The position numbers and the translations under genes were made by a program. Source: Limisphaerales bacterium (lineage in GTDB: Bacteria; Verrucomicrobiota; Verrucomicrobiia; Limisphaerales; Palsa-1400). From it: a stretch of DNA of 64,000 bases. The stretch's first letter is position 1. Each line of letters starts with the position of its first letter. This document shows, in pieces, positions 9,615 through 19,600 of the stretch. Under the pieces are notes generated by a model that saw only the letters and a list, made by a program, of their open reading frames with translations, had not been told where the DNA came from and did not search any database. The stretch covers positions 445-64,444 of the forward strand of contig JBKQUS010000136.1 in NCBI GenBank assembly GCA_052325505.1. The letters run 5' to 3'.

Positions 9615-11297
9615 ATGAATGTGGGCAGACTGGCGTGGCGAACGCCCACCGGCGCGATGCTCTGGGAAATGTGGGGCCGGCACAAGGTGAGCTTCCTGTG
9701 GCAGGGCGTCGCTCTGGCAGCCAGCGCGTGCTTTGTTTATTGGAAAGAGCACGGCGCGTCCGAAAGCTTTGGAGACATATTGGGCATGGCCTCGTTCTGC
9801 TGTTTCCTGGGAGCCTATCTTCATTTGCTGGTTTGTTTTGCCTACATCGAAACCGATGCACGGAGAATACAACTTGGCTTTCCCGGCCGGCTGTTGCTAA
9901 AGCCGGTCGGCACAGCCCGGCTGGTCCTGGTGCCGATGGTCTTTGGCGGCGCGGTCATCGTGACAACCTTTGCACTGTGGACCGGATTGGTCCTGCCGCA
10001 CTTGTCTGCGATCAAACTATCCAGCCTGCTTTGGGTCAGCACCGTGCTGTTGTCTCTTTTTTGGTGGATGCAGGCTCTGGCCTGGAGCCTGCCGCTGCTC
10101 AAGGTCAGATCGGCCATCTTGCTTATGGTGGTGGCGATTCATCTGGTGGTCCTGCTCCTGCCGGGTCTGATCGTAACGTTTGCACCAGTCTGGGCCAGTC
10201 AAACCTGTTGGGTGTGGGGAATAGTGGCCGCCTTGCTCGTGTCCGCCATGCTGGTCGCGTGGTTGGGGCTGACACTGGTGCGACAAGGAAGATGGGAAGG
10301 CCCATGCCAGATTTCGCTGCTTTGGAGCCGCCAGCACTTTGCACGGAGACAGGGCCGGCGCAAAAAATTTGAATCCGCCTTCGGAGCGCAATTCTGCCTG
10401 GAATGGCGTCGGCAGGGTTTGGTGCTGCCCGGCGTCTGGGGTGGAATCGCGCTGGTCGTTTTTCCCCTGCTTTTGACAGGTTTCAAATGGGCGGGTATTG
10501 ATACGCCTCCGCCGGGGGCGATTCTGCTCATCATGTTGGCCTTGCCGCTGGCGCTTTCGTGGGTGTGGGGGGCGGCGTTGGCAAAGTTTGATCTCTTCGA
10601 GCCAGCGGGTGAACTGCCGGTTTACATTGCGGTCCGTCCCCTGACCAATGGCGGGTTTGTGCTGGCCAAACTGGTGATGGCTTTGGCTTCGAGTGCCTTG
10701 ACCTGGCTGCTCACGGTGACCGCGCTTGGTCTCTGTTTGGAACTCGTGGGCGCGCGCACCCTGTTTTCCAAGGCTGGATTGGCCACGCCATTTGGGCCGG
10801 TGGCATACCTGTCCGGCTGTGGGCCGGTGTTGCTGCTGCTGGTGATCTGGACCTGGAAAAACCTTGTGGCCGGGATGGGAGCGGGTTTGATGGGACGCTC
10901 CTGGCTGGTCAAGCTGTTCCCCGTTTGGAAATCAACTTCTCTTCTGGGCCTGCTCGCGCTGATTTCGGCCGCCAAGTATTACGAGGATTTCAGGGAAGCA
11001 CTGCTGCATTGGCTGACGGGAGTCTTGATCGTCTGTCTGGCGGCGAAAACAGCCATCTCGATTGCAGCTTTTGTCTGGGGGTTGCGCCGGAATGCGATCA
11101 CCGCCCGCGCCGTCGGCTGGATTGTCGGCGGCTGGTTGGTGTGCGGCTGCTTCATCGCCGGTTACGCGGACCATGTCTGTAATACGATCCACAAACCAGA
11201 CCTATGGGTTTGGGCTGCGCTCGGTGGATTCCTGATTCTTCCACTGGCGGATCTGGCCATTGCCCCGCTGGCGATGGCCTGGAACCGCCACCGTTGA
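9615..11297 (+). CDS. Polytopic membrane protein, putative permease partner of the YtrA-type ABC system
   Basis: 560-aa ORF with many hydrophobic segments, starting 3 nt after the ATPase stop. I recognised no family motif. Confidence 0.75.
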   Translation: MNVGRLAWRTPTGAMLWEMWGRHKVSFLWQGVALAASACFVYWKEHGASESFGDILGMASFCCFLGAYLHLLVCFAYIETDARRIQLGFPGRLLLKPVGTARLVLVPMVFGGAVIVTTFALWTGLVLPHLSAIKLSSLLWVSTVLLSLFWWMQALAWSLPLLKVRSAILLMVVAIHLVVLLLPGLIVTFAPVWASQTCWVWGIVAALLVSAMLVAWLGLTLVRQGRWEGPCQISLLWSRQHFARRQGRRKKFESAFGAQFCLEWRRQGLVLPGVWGGIALVVFPLLLTGFKWAGIDTPPPGAILLIMLALPLALSWVWGAALAKFDLFEPAGELPVYIAVRPLTNGGFVLAKLVMALASSALTWLLTVTALGLCLELVGARTLFSKAGLATPFGPVAYLSGCGPVLLLLVIWTWKNLVAGMGAGLMGRSWLVKLFPVWKSTSLLGLLALISAAKYYEDFREALLHWLTGVLIVCLAAKTAISIAAFVWGLRRNAITARAVGWIVGGWLVCGCFIAGYADHVCNTIHKPDLWVWAALGGFLILPLADLAIAPLAMAWNRHR

Positions 11298-11316
11298 ACT
11301 ACAACCAGCAGCTTAA

Positions 11317-12717
11317 ATGCGATTATTGACCCTCCTCTTATTGTCCGCGACGCAACTAGCCGTTGCGGCTCCAGCCAATGAACCGCTGCCGTCGGATTTT
11401 CCTAACAAGGCTGACGAATACCTGAAGGCTGAACTGAACGCGGGGAGGTTTGCAGGCTCGGTGATGGTTGCCCGGTCGAACCAGATTGTGTTCATGAGAG
11501 GTTACGGTTTGGCCAACCGCGAATTGGATGTTGCCAATGCGCCGGACACCAAGTTTCGGCTGGCGTCCCTCACCAAGCAGTTCACCGCCCTGTGCATCCT
11601 GATTCTCCAGGAACAAGGCAAATTGAGCGTGGAGGATCCTATTTCCAAATACCTGCCGGACTGTCCAAACACCTGGTCGAAGATCAAAATTCGGCATCTG
11701 CTCACTCATACTTCGGGAATTCCAGACTACACCGGGTTTCCCGACTACCGTTCGACCGTGATGCTGCCTTGGCCCCCGGAAAAGATGATGATTCGTTTGC
11801 GGGATATGCCCCTTGAATTCGAACCGGGCGAGCGGTTCGCTTACAGCAACTCGGGTTATTTTTTGCTGAGCTGCATCGTCGCGAAGGCTGGAGGCAGGAG
11901 CTATGAGCAATTCCTGGAGCATTACATTTTCAATCCGCTCGGCATGACGAACAGCGGTTGCGACCATTTCACAACGATTTTGCCCCATCGGGCCGCAGGC
12001 TATACCCTGGACGGGGATACTTGGGTGAATGCGGCTTACACCGACATGACCTATCCACAGGGCGACGGCGCTTTGTATTCCACCGTCGAGGATTTCTTCC
12101 GCTGGTATCAATGTTGGCGGGAGCAGAAACTTGTTTCGGCGGAGTCGTGGAAAGCCATGACCACGCCGGTGAAGGAACATTATGGGTTTGGAATCGCCGT
12201 TGTGGAACGATTTGGCCAAGAGGAACTCGCGCATGACGGTCGTGTGCCGGGCTTTGTCTCCTCGATGAGATGGCTTCCCTCCGCAGATATCTTCGTGGCG
12301 TCCTTTGGCAATTTGGATTCGCCCCTTTCGTTTGCAGTGGCTGACAATTTGGTGGCCATGCTGCTGGATAAACCGTTGAACCTTCCCAAAGAAAAGACCG
12401 CCATCAAACTGGAAGCCAGCCAACTGGAGCCTTTCGTTGGCCGCTATGAATTCGTTGAAAAACCGGGGGTCATTTGCACCGTAAGCGCAAGCGGTGAGCA
12501 CCTGTTCCTCCAGACCACCGACCTGCCCAAGTTCGAAATCCTTCCCGAGTCCGGGACGAACTTCTTCTTGAAGGTGCAGCCGGATATCAAGGTGACTTTC
12601 TGGAAGGATGCCTCGGGCAAGGTTCCCCGTCTGGTCTCCAAGATGGAGCAGGAGAGCAGCGGCCACGAAGCAAAACGCCTCGAGGAAAGCGATACCAGCA
12701 CACATCAGGGCGAATAG
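11317..12717 (+). CDS. Serine hydrolase of the beta-lactamase/PBP (class C-like) family with an extra C-terminal domain
   Basis: Signal peptide; SLTK (SxxK), YSN and HDG motifs in the expected order. Confidence 0.9.
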   Translation: MRLLTLLLLSATQLAVAAPANEPLPSDFPNKADEYLKAELNAGRFAGSVMVARSNQIVFMRGYGLANRELDVANAPDTKFRLASLTKQFTALCILILQEQGKLSVEDPISKYLPDCPNTWSKIKIRHLLTHTSGIPDYTGFPDYRSTVMLPWPPEKMMIRLRDMPLEFEPGERFAYSNSGYFLLSCIVAKAGGRSYEQFLEHYIFNPLGMTNSGCDHFTTILPHRAAGYTLDGDTWVNAAYTDMTYPQGDGALYSTVEDFFRWYQCWREQKLVSAESWKAMTTPVKEHYGFGIAVVERFGQEELAHDGRVPGFVSSMRWLPSADIFVASFGNLDSPLSFAVADNLVAMLLDKPLNLPKEKTAIKLEASQLEPFVGRYEFVEKPGVICTVSASGEHLFLQTTDLPKFEILPESGTNFFLKVQPDIKVTFWKDASGKVPRLVSKMEQESSGHEAKRLEESDTSTHQGE

Positions 12718-12830
12718 TTATACCGGAGTTCTCGACCTTCCTGCTGGCATTAGACCCCCCCGAATCCTCATTTTCCCGTTGAATTGCCGGCAGTTATGCG
12801 CAATTGTTCATGGGATGAAATCATAACCCC

Positions 12831-14813
12831 GTGCCAGCGATTCCTCCAAGCCCACAGCACACCAAGGCTCGCGCGCCCGCGGCCCCACCGGAGTCTTTCA
12901 CGCCGCGAAACTGGCTGGAATGCGGCATGGCCATCTTGAATCCTTCCGGCGGCTTTCTCGAGATTAACAAGCCGTTGTGCCACTGGCTCGAGAAACCGGT
13001 CACGGAGCTGATCGGCGTATCTTTCTGGGACATCCTGGCCAGCGTCTCGCCGGACTGGAGCGAACCCATCCTCCAGGCCAGCCGGAACGCCGCGCCTTTC
13101 TCCCGCCTGGATCTTAAATTGCCCGCCCGCCAGGAGCAGCCCGCCCAATGGTTTAACCTGGAAGTGGCGCGCGCTCCCCATTGCTTTTTTGTTCGCTTGA
13201 ACTCCTCCCCTCCGCCCCTGGCCGACGCGCAGGAGGGTCTTTGGGATGGTCCTTTGCGGAACGATTCGACCCGGCGCGATATGTTCGTCAAGTTATTGTG
13301 CGCCGAGGCCCGGCTGGAGGGCCTCACCCGCCGCTGGCCCTGCGTCATCTTCAGCCAGCGCCCCGATTTCAGCCTGCAATCCGCCAGCCAGAACATCAAG
13401 GAACTGACCGGCCTCGACGCCGCCGGCTGGTGCAGCCAGCGCGACCGATTCTGGGAAGCAGTCCACGAGTCGGACGCCGCCGATTTGCGGCAACAGTTCA
13501 AACACGCCGTCCAATCCAAATCGCCCGTCACCAACACCTATCGCATCCGCCATGCCCTCACGGGCCGGGTCGCGCATATATTGGAGCATCGCCAGCCGGT
13601 CATCACTCCGCACGGCCTGTTGCTGGGCTACGAGGTTGTGTGGCTGGATGTCACCCGCCAGACCATCGCCGAACGCCGGCTGTCCACCGCCGCGTGGAAG
13701 GAAACGCTCGCTGTCCTGACCTTGGGCATGGCCCATGACTTTACCAATATCATCGCCGGCATTCATTCCCTGAGCGAATCCTTTCTTGCCCAGATGGACA
13801 ACCGGCACCCCTTTCATGAAGGGTTGTCGTTGGTCAAGAAGAACTCATTGCAGGCCAGCCAACTGGTCAAACGCATGGTCAACCTGCATCTCGGCCAAAC
13901 CGGCGAACGCAATTATCATAACCTCAACGAAATCGCCGGCGATCTCGTGGACTTGGTCACCAAGATTCTTCCCCGCCGCATCCAACTGGTGGCCGATTTG
14001 TCCCCGGCACAGCTCCCGGCCTATCTTGATGTCGTCGAGTTCCGGCAGGTCATCATCAATTTGCTCCTGAATGCGGCCGATGCCATGCCGCGCGGCGGGC
14101 GCTTGACCCTGCACACCTCCCGCCACGAAGTTTTACCTGCGCTGGAGAACATGAAAGGCACGGCACCACGCCTCCCCTGCGTTTGCCTGGCCATTGAGGA
14201 CACCGGCTCCGGCATCAAACAACGCCATTTGGCCTCCATTTTTGACCCGTTCTTCACCACCAAGGCCAAAGGCTCCGGACTCGGACTTTACAACGCCCGC
14301 CTCGCCATCGAAAAACTCCAGGGCGCGATTTCCGTCGTCTCCAGGGAGGGTGTGGGCACAACTTTCCAAATCTGGCTGCCCGAAGCCGACTTCTCCGAAT
14401 CCCGCCGCATGGAGGAGGCCGCGTCGCGCAAACACCAGGCCCGCCGCAACCTCCTGCTCCTGGGCCTGCCCGGTGAAATGTTCGATAAAACCGCCGAACT
14501 GCTCCGTTCCCACAATTACCAAATCGTCACGGCGGCCTCATCCGACAGTTTGGCGCAGTTGCTTCAGTCCTCCGACTATCATTTCGACGGCGTTTTCCTG
14601 CTGGCACAGCCGGATGATCCTGCTTTGAACTCCCTGCCCGCCGAAGTGCGCCAGCAGAATAAAGGCGTCAAACTGGTCTTGAAACTGGCCGGCTGCGACC
14701 AGGACGATCTGGACGCCCAACTGCTCAAGAGCGTCGATCTGCTCCTCAATCCCGACTTGTCCGAATCCGACATGTTGTTGAAGCTCAAAACCTTTTTTGA
14801 AAAAAGCGGCTGA
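12831..14813 (+). CDS. PAS-domain sensor histidine kinase with a C-terminal degenerate receiver-like domain
   Basis: H-box LGMAHDFTNII; ATPase boxes LLLNAADAM, DTGSGI, GSGLGLYNA. The C-terminal ~125 aa look receiver-like but lack the acidic pocket. Alternative ATG at 12927. Confidence 0.9.
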   Translation: MPAIPPSPQHTKARAPAAPPESFTPRNWLECGMAILNPSGGFLEINKPLCHWLEKPVTELIGVSFWDILASVSPDWSEPILQASRNAAPFSRLDLKLPARQEQPAQWFNLEVARAPHCFFVRLNSSPPPLADAQEGLWDGPLRNDSTRRDMFVKLLCAEARLEGLTRRWPCVIFSQRPDFSLQSASQNIKELTGLDAAGWCSQRDRFWEAVHESDAADLRQQFKHAVQSKSPVTNTYRIRHALTGRVAHILEHRQPVITPHGLLLGYEVVWLDVTRQTIAERRLSTAAWKETLAVLTLGMAHDFTNIIAGIHSLSESFLAQMDNRHPFHEGLSLVKKNSLQASQLVKRMVNLHLGQTGERNYHNLNEIAGDLVDLVTKILPRRIQLVADLSPAQLPAYLDVVEFRQVIINLLLNAADAMPRGGRLTLHTSRHEVLPALENMKGTAPRLPCVCLAIEDTGSGIKQRHLASIFDPFFTTKAKGSGLGLYNARLAIEKLQGAISVVSREGVGTTFQIWLPEADFSESRRMEEAASRKHQARRNLLLLGLPGEMFDKTAELLRSHNYQIVTAASSDSLAQLLQSSDYHFDGVFLLAQPDDPALNSLPAEVRQQNKGVKLVLKLAGCDQDDLDAQLLKSVDLLLNPDLSESDMLLKLKTFFEKSG

Positions 14814-14831
14814 GTAGCCACGTCTCAGGAG

Positions 14832-15359
14832 TTGAATACGTCCAAAACATCCGCCCTGCCCATCCTGATTGTGGATGATGAAGAAATCGTCCTGGTCGCC
14901 TTGCGCGACACTTTGTTGCACGAAGGTTACAACATCGTCTCCTCTCCTCATGCCGTCCATGCATTGAGCGTTCTCGAGGAACAGAAATTTTCCGTCGTCA
15001 TCACCGACCAGCAAATGCCCCTGGTTTCCGGCCTGGAGTTTTTGGCCCAAGTCCGTCAAATCCAGCCCGAAGCCATCCGCATTCTCATCACCGCCGTCCT
15101 CAATCTCAGCACCCTGATCGACGCCATCAACAAGGCTGAGATCCATCGTTTCGTGGTCAAACCCTGGTCGCGCGAAGAGCTTCTGGCCGCCGTCAAGAGT
15201 GCCGTCGAGCGTTTTGATTTCATTTCCAACAACTCCCGCCTCCTCTCCCAAACCCTGGCCATGAATCATGAACTCAAAAAAACCAATCGCGCCCTGGAAG
15301 ATCAAGTCGCCCGCCTCGCCAGGGAAAATGCGCAAGGAAAACAGCCCGCAACCGGTTGA
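14832..15359 (+). CDS. Single-domain response regulator with a short C-terminal coiled coil
   Basis: ILIVDDEE, VVITDQQMP (phospho-Asp), ILITAV, VVKPW. TTG is the only available start. Confidence 0.85.
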   Translation: MNTSKTSALPILIVDDEEIVLVALRDTLLHEGYNIVSSPHAVHALSVLEEQKFSVVITDQQMPLVSGLEFLAQVRQIQPEAIRILITAVLNLSTLIDAINKAEIHRFVVKPWSREELLAAVKSAVERFDFISNNSRLLSQTLAMNHELKKTNRALEDQVARLARENAQGKQPATG

Positions 15360-15793
15360 TTTAAGCCAGCGCGCAAATTTGGTTTCAAGCGAAGTCCAGA
15401 CTGAAGGCTGGCGGAAGCACGGTTCAAAGCAGCGCCCAGGGAGCCAAAACAGAATGACGCGCCAAATCATGCGGCGGAAATCTTATCACTTGCCCCGGTC
15501 ATTGCAATCCCGCAAGATGTTGCCAGAGCCAGACGCAGTCGCGCCTCTAACTCGGTTGGCAGGAGCTTTCGGTGAACAGCGAAAGAAACCCCAAGGTTGA
15601 CCTGGACAGCATCGGATGTGGGTGGCCCGGATGTTGGGGCGTTTGGAATGATAAGTGAACACTCTCCCCCGTTGAGGGCAGGCAGGTGAGTAACGTGAAG
15701 CTCGTGTGGCGCAATACAAATAGGTGGCATAAGCCATGCTATTGGTTGCCACATTTCAATAAAACCAGTCTGACATACAATGCATTGCTCATT

Positions 15794-16663
15794 TTACTCT
15801 AGTGGCGGCGGGGGCATATAAATGGTTTTGACGGGATAATTTGTATGGATCGGTGCGATACCAGGGAACAAAGCGGCAAGGTTGGTGAACACCAATGGCG
15901 TTCGCAGAATATATTTCGGGTCTTCAACCCGCAATTGCAGCAGAGCTTTAGTTGGTGTAAAAAGCCTTACGTCTGCCGCGCAGGGACTTTCACCATTTCT
16001 TGGAATCCATGAAATCCAATAAATTGGCACAAACTTGCCGGGCGGGGCTTGGACATAGGCGTTATCCACCGTGACGTCTAAGCGGCAATCGGCGTTCAAC
16101 GCCGCAACATCCATGTGAACTGCCGCCAGCCATTGTGTCGCCAGTTGATATGCCGTGTTGGTATCAATTCGGCTGACCGGCCATCTATATTTTTCCAGAT
16201 ACTTCTGGCAATCCTCGAGCTGATGTGTCCCTTCTAAATAAGAAAACCTGTTGCTTAGCGACACACAATAAACATACTTTTTTGTTGTGACAGTGCCTAC
16301 CATTCTATGGGCGTATGCGAAACCAAATGGACTAATATATGATTCAATATTGGATACTGTGATGGGCAGTTCTTCTGGCAATTTTAATTCTTGAGACACT
16401 TGATTCGCTTCTTGGACCACCAATTTGAGGGCGGCGTCTCGATATAATTTGCTGGTGAAACTGTGCGGGACATACACGACATGTCCATTAGTATCCACGG
16501 CTCTTGGGACGCCGGGCGGCAATGGCCGCCCTGTTTCATCATAATCCGACATTAAGTAAGACGGAACCGGCGGTGCGCCTGTATGAACTTGCTCTGCTGA
16601 ATGGCAAACTGCAACAGCCGCAAAAACGATCACGAACGACCGGAAATACAAATTAGCTTTCAT
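15794..16663 (-). CDS. Secreted hypothetical protein with an internal tandem duplication; partner of the giant protein
   Basis: Signal peptide MKANLYFRSFVIVFAAVAVCHSAEQ. ATG 16663 lies 13 nt after the giant-gene stop. Two halves share a helix followed by a [IV]TV[SD]N...P pattern. Confidence 0.75.
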   Translation of the reverse strand: MKANLYFRSFVIVFAAVAVCHSAEQVHTGAPPVPSYLMSDYDETGRPLPPGVPRAVDTNGHVVYVPHSFTSKLYRDAALKLVVQEANQVSQELKLPEELPITVSNIESYISPFGFAYAHRMVGTVTTKKYVYCVSLSNRFSYLEGTHQLEDCQKYLEKYRWPVSRIDTNTAYQLATQWLAAVHMDVAALNADCRLDVTVDNAYVQAPPGKFVPIYWISWIPRNGESPCAADVRLFTPTKALLQLRVEDPKYILRTPLVFTNLAALFPGIAPIHTNYPVKTIYMPPPPLE

Positions 16664-16676
16664 TGTCTTCAAACAA

Positions 16677-19600
16677 TTACTCTGTGCTGACAGGCGCTGA
16701 ATAATACCCATCCAGGCTAGTATTTACACCGCTTCGTGTGAGTCCAGAATGACCCACAACATAGATCGGGCTAGTCAGGATGTTGGTGTAGGTGTAGCTG
16801 TAATTTTGGAGCGTACTGGGGTTTTGGCCGTGAATAGTGACATTCTTGTTTTGCGGCACCGGAAGTGGAATCATGTTTGCAGCCGGAGTGGAGGCTGCCG
16901 CAATACACTGAGCCAGGGGCACAACTTGATTCCAAAGGCCATAAAAGTCAGCCAAAGTCTCCGTCCAAGCTGAGGCCAAGTTTTGAGATTCATTATTGTC
17001 AGAGGGCCAACCGATCCAACCCGCGTGGTCTTGTGCCCAACCAACGTAGGCTTGCGGACCGACATTATTCAGCCCCGCCTGGTTCGGGGCGTCCAGCGGA
17101 AAAATTCCAAACGCCCGCCGCCAGTCTTTTGCCGAGGCAGTCGCGCAACCTTCCAGAAACACAAAGCGGTAGGGGTTTTGGGTGTTCAGACCGCCCCTGC
17201 TGTGGTAATGGTTCCCCAACAAGTTCGCCACTTCGGTTGCGGTCATGAAGGTATCGTTCGCGTAATCACATAGGCGGTTGTTATCACCATGCGATTGACA
17301 AAAGAAATTCTTGGTGGCTCCGTCTGCCATGCATGGATACAAGCTGTTTATTACCATCGAACGCGAATTAATATAGCCGGGCCAGCCTTCGCTCGATCCA
17401 TTCCCGTGTGTGTTGTTTCCCTCCCCGGTATAATTGTCAAAACTGGAATTGTAATTATTGGGGCTGCCGCCATCCACCTCCTGCGGCGTCAGCAAAGTGT
17501 CCACCACAAACTGCATGCCCAGCCAGACAACTCCATCATCGTTGCCGTTGTCATCGTCAAACTCATGGGCCATCGCGCCGTTAGTCGGTGTATACATATA
17601 GACAAAATCAAAGCCGTTTCCTTGTTCGTTGCTGGTCAACCTGTGCAACACTTTTGTCTTTGCCTCCGAAGCCGGATCTGAAAGCGTGACATTAAAAACG
17701 GCATTGACTGTATTGTTGGTAAATATAGTTACTCCGTCCGAATAGGTTAAGTCCCAATTCTCTTCTATCATGCCATCGGATGTGGTGTCCGTAATTGTGG
17801 TAATCAGCGTGGGTGGAGTTGTAGAAGGGTCATATAACTGAATTGCGTAGCTTGCATTCTGTTCGGGCAGTTGAGCGTCAAGATATGCAATGCTGCCACT
17901 GAACATGGAATCGCTTTCAAAAAACTGCATGACATTGGTAGAATAAAAGGGTGTAATTGTCCCAACGCCTGTAAGTATTGCCGAGTCATCACCGGAAGCG
18001 CTCAACGTCAACTGCGCCTGTAGATAAGACTGTCCTGGTGGTTCGTAAGTCGTGTTCCATTCCAGAAGCGTATTGCCATCGCTGGCATTTGTAAAATCTT
18101 CCAGCGTCACATCCACTCCATTAAAATACAAATTCAAGGTGCCAATATTGGTCAGCGTATTGTAACTAATCGGCAATTCAAATGAGACCACCCCGAATTC
18201 ATCTGAGCTTGAAACTTGTTCGAGTGTCAGCGGATTGCTCGCATCGAAGGGGTTCATCCCCAGCGCTTCCTTGATCCGTCCGACCAATCCATCGCCTGAG
18301 AGGTCAATGTCCAAATACACCGAGTTGGACGGATCAGGATTGACGCCGTCCGTCATCGGATTCTGCCAATCGGTCTCAACACCAACATGGGCAGGATAAT
18401 TGCCATCGCCGTGCCAGTTTTCAACATAATCGGGAATGGCGTCGTTGTCACTGTCCATCGGCTGGCCGTAACTGTTTGCCGCGATGTAGTGCAGGCCGAT
18501 GTTGGCCATGTGGCCGGATGCTTCACTTCCTTCCTTGAATTGATTGGTTTGCGTCGTGTAGTGGTAAAGCCCCAAGTTTGCCGGCGTGTCGCTGCCCGCG
18601 CCTGCCAGCGCCGTGCCGGGGGCCATGTAATAATTGCCAAAGGGGCCGCTTTGATACGGCGGCGCCGAGCTCAAAGTCACCTCGTGCTGCCCGTCGGTGA
18701 ACCCGTTGCTGGTAATCGTTGGCTGGAACTCGCTGCTGTCCTGGCCCCACCAAAACCACGGGTCAAAATAGGAGTCCCAGATCAGGGCGTTGGTGGAAAG
18801 CGGCCAGTATCCGTTGTAATCATAATCCAACGGCTGATACTGGCCCTGGTTCAGGTCCTCCACGATGTTCACTTTGTCAAACAGATTGTCCTCAAAGACC
18901 CAGTCCCCCGCCGAGGCCGGAATGGGCGTCAGATGCAGCCATTGGCCGCCCCGAAACAGATTATTACAGGCTTGAAACGACAAATCCACGTTCAAGCCCT
19001 GATCGTCATAGCCGTATTTGTAATAGGTCGGGTCAAGGTTGATGCTGACGTTTTCAAACAAGGTGTTGTTCCATGTCACCGCGCCGCTGCCAAAAATTTG
19101 ATCCAGGTAAAAATCATAACCGTCAGGCTGGCCAATGTTGACCTGTCCGTTGTGCAGGCTGCAATCCTGCAAGTTCAGATTGACGGAACTGCTGGCGGAG
19201 AAAATCCAAACGTCATCATAAGACAGCCCCGAACAAAAATGCAGGTCTTCCGCCGGCAGGTAGAAATCTGAAAAACGGAAATCCAGGCTTGGCGATGTCG
19301 GATCGCCCGGTTCAAAATCAGTGACAAAGGAAACGATGCCGGGCAGCCAGTCACCCACATCGTCCGAGAAGTCCACCTGATACTCGGCAAAATCGATGTT
19401 CGGTTCCTCCTGCACCAAATCGGCCGCGGTGAAAATGTTCGGCTTGGTTGGTGTTCCGTGGCTGGTGACGGACCCGCCTTGATTGACATAGAAACCATAA
19501 ACCGTCCAGTAGCCGCCGCTCCAAATATAATCATTGCGGACGCCAATGGCCGTGCCCGGCAACACCGTGAGGCTGCCGCCGGACAAAATCAAAGATGCGA

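Noticed and set aside
15467-15754. The 95-aa and 88-aa minus-strand ORFs inside the 15360-15793 gap.
   Set aside because: They overlap each other in different frames, have an odd composition (C/P/R-rich), and have no SD or family motif. Neither is convincing as a gene.
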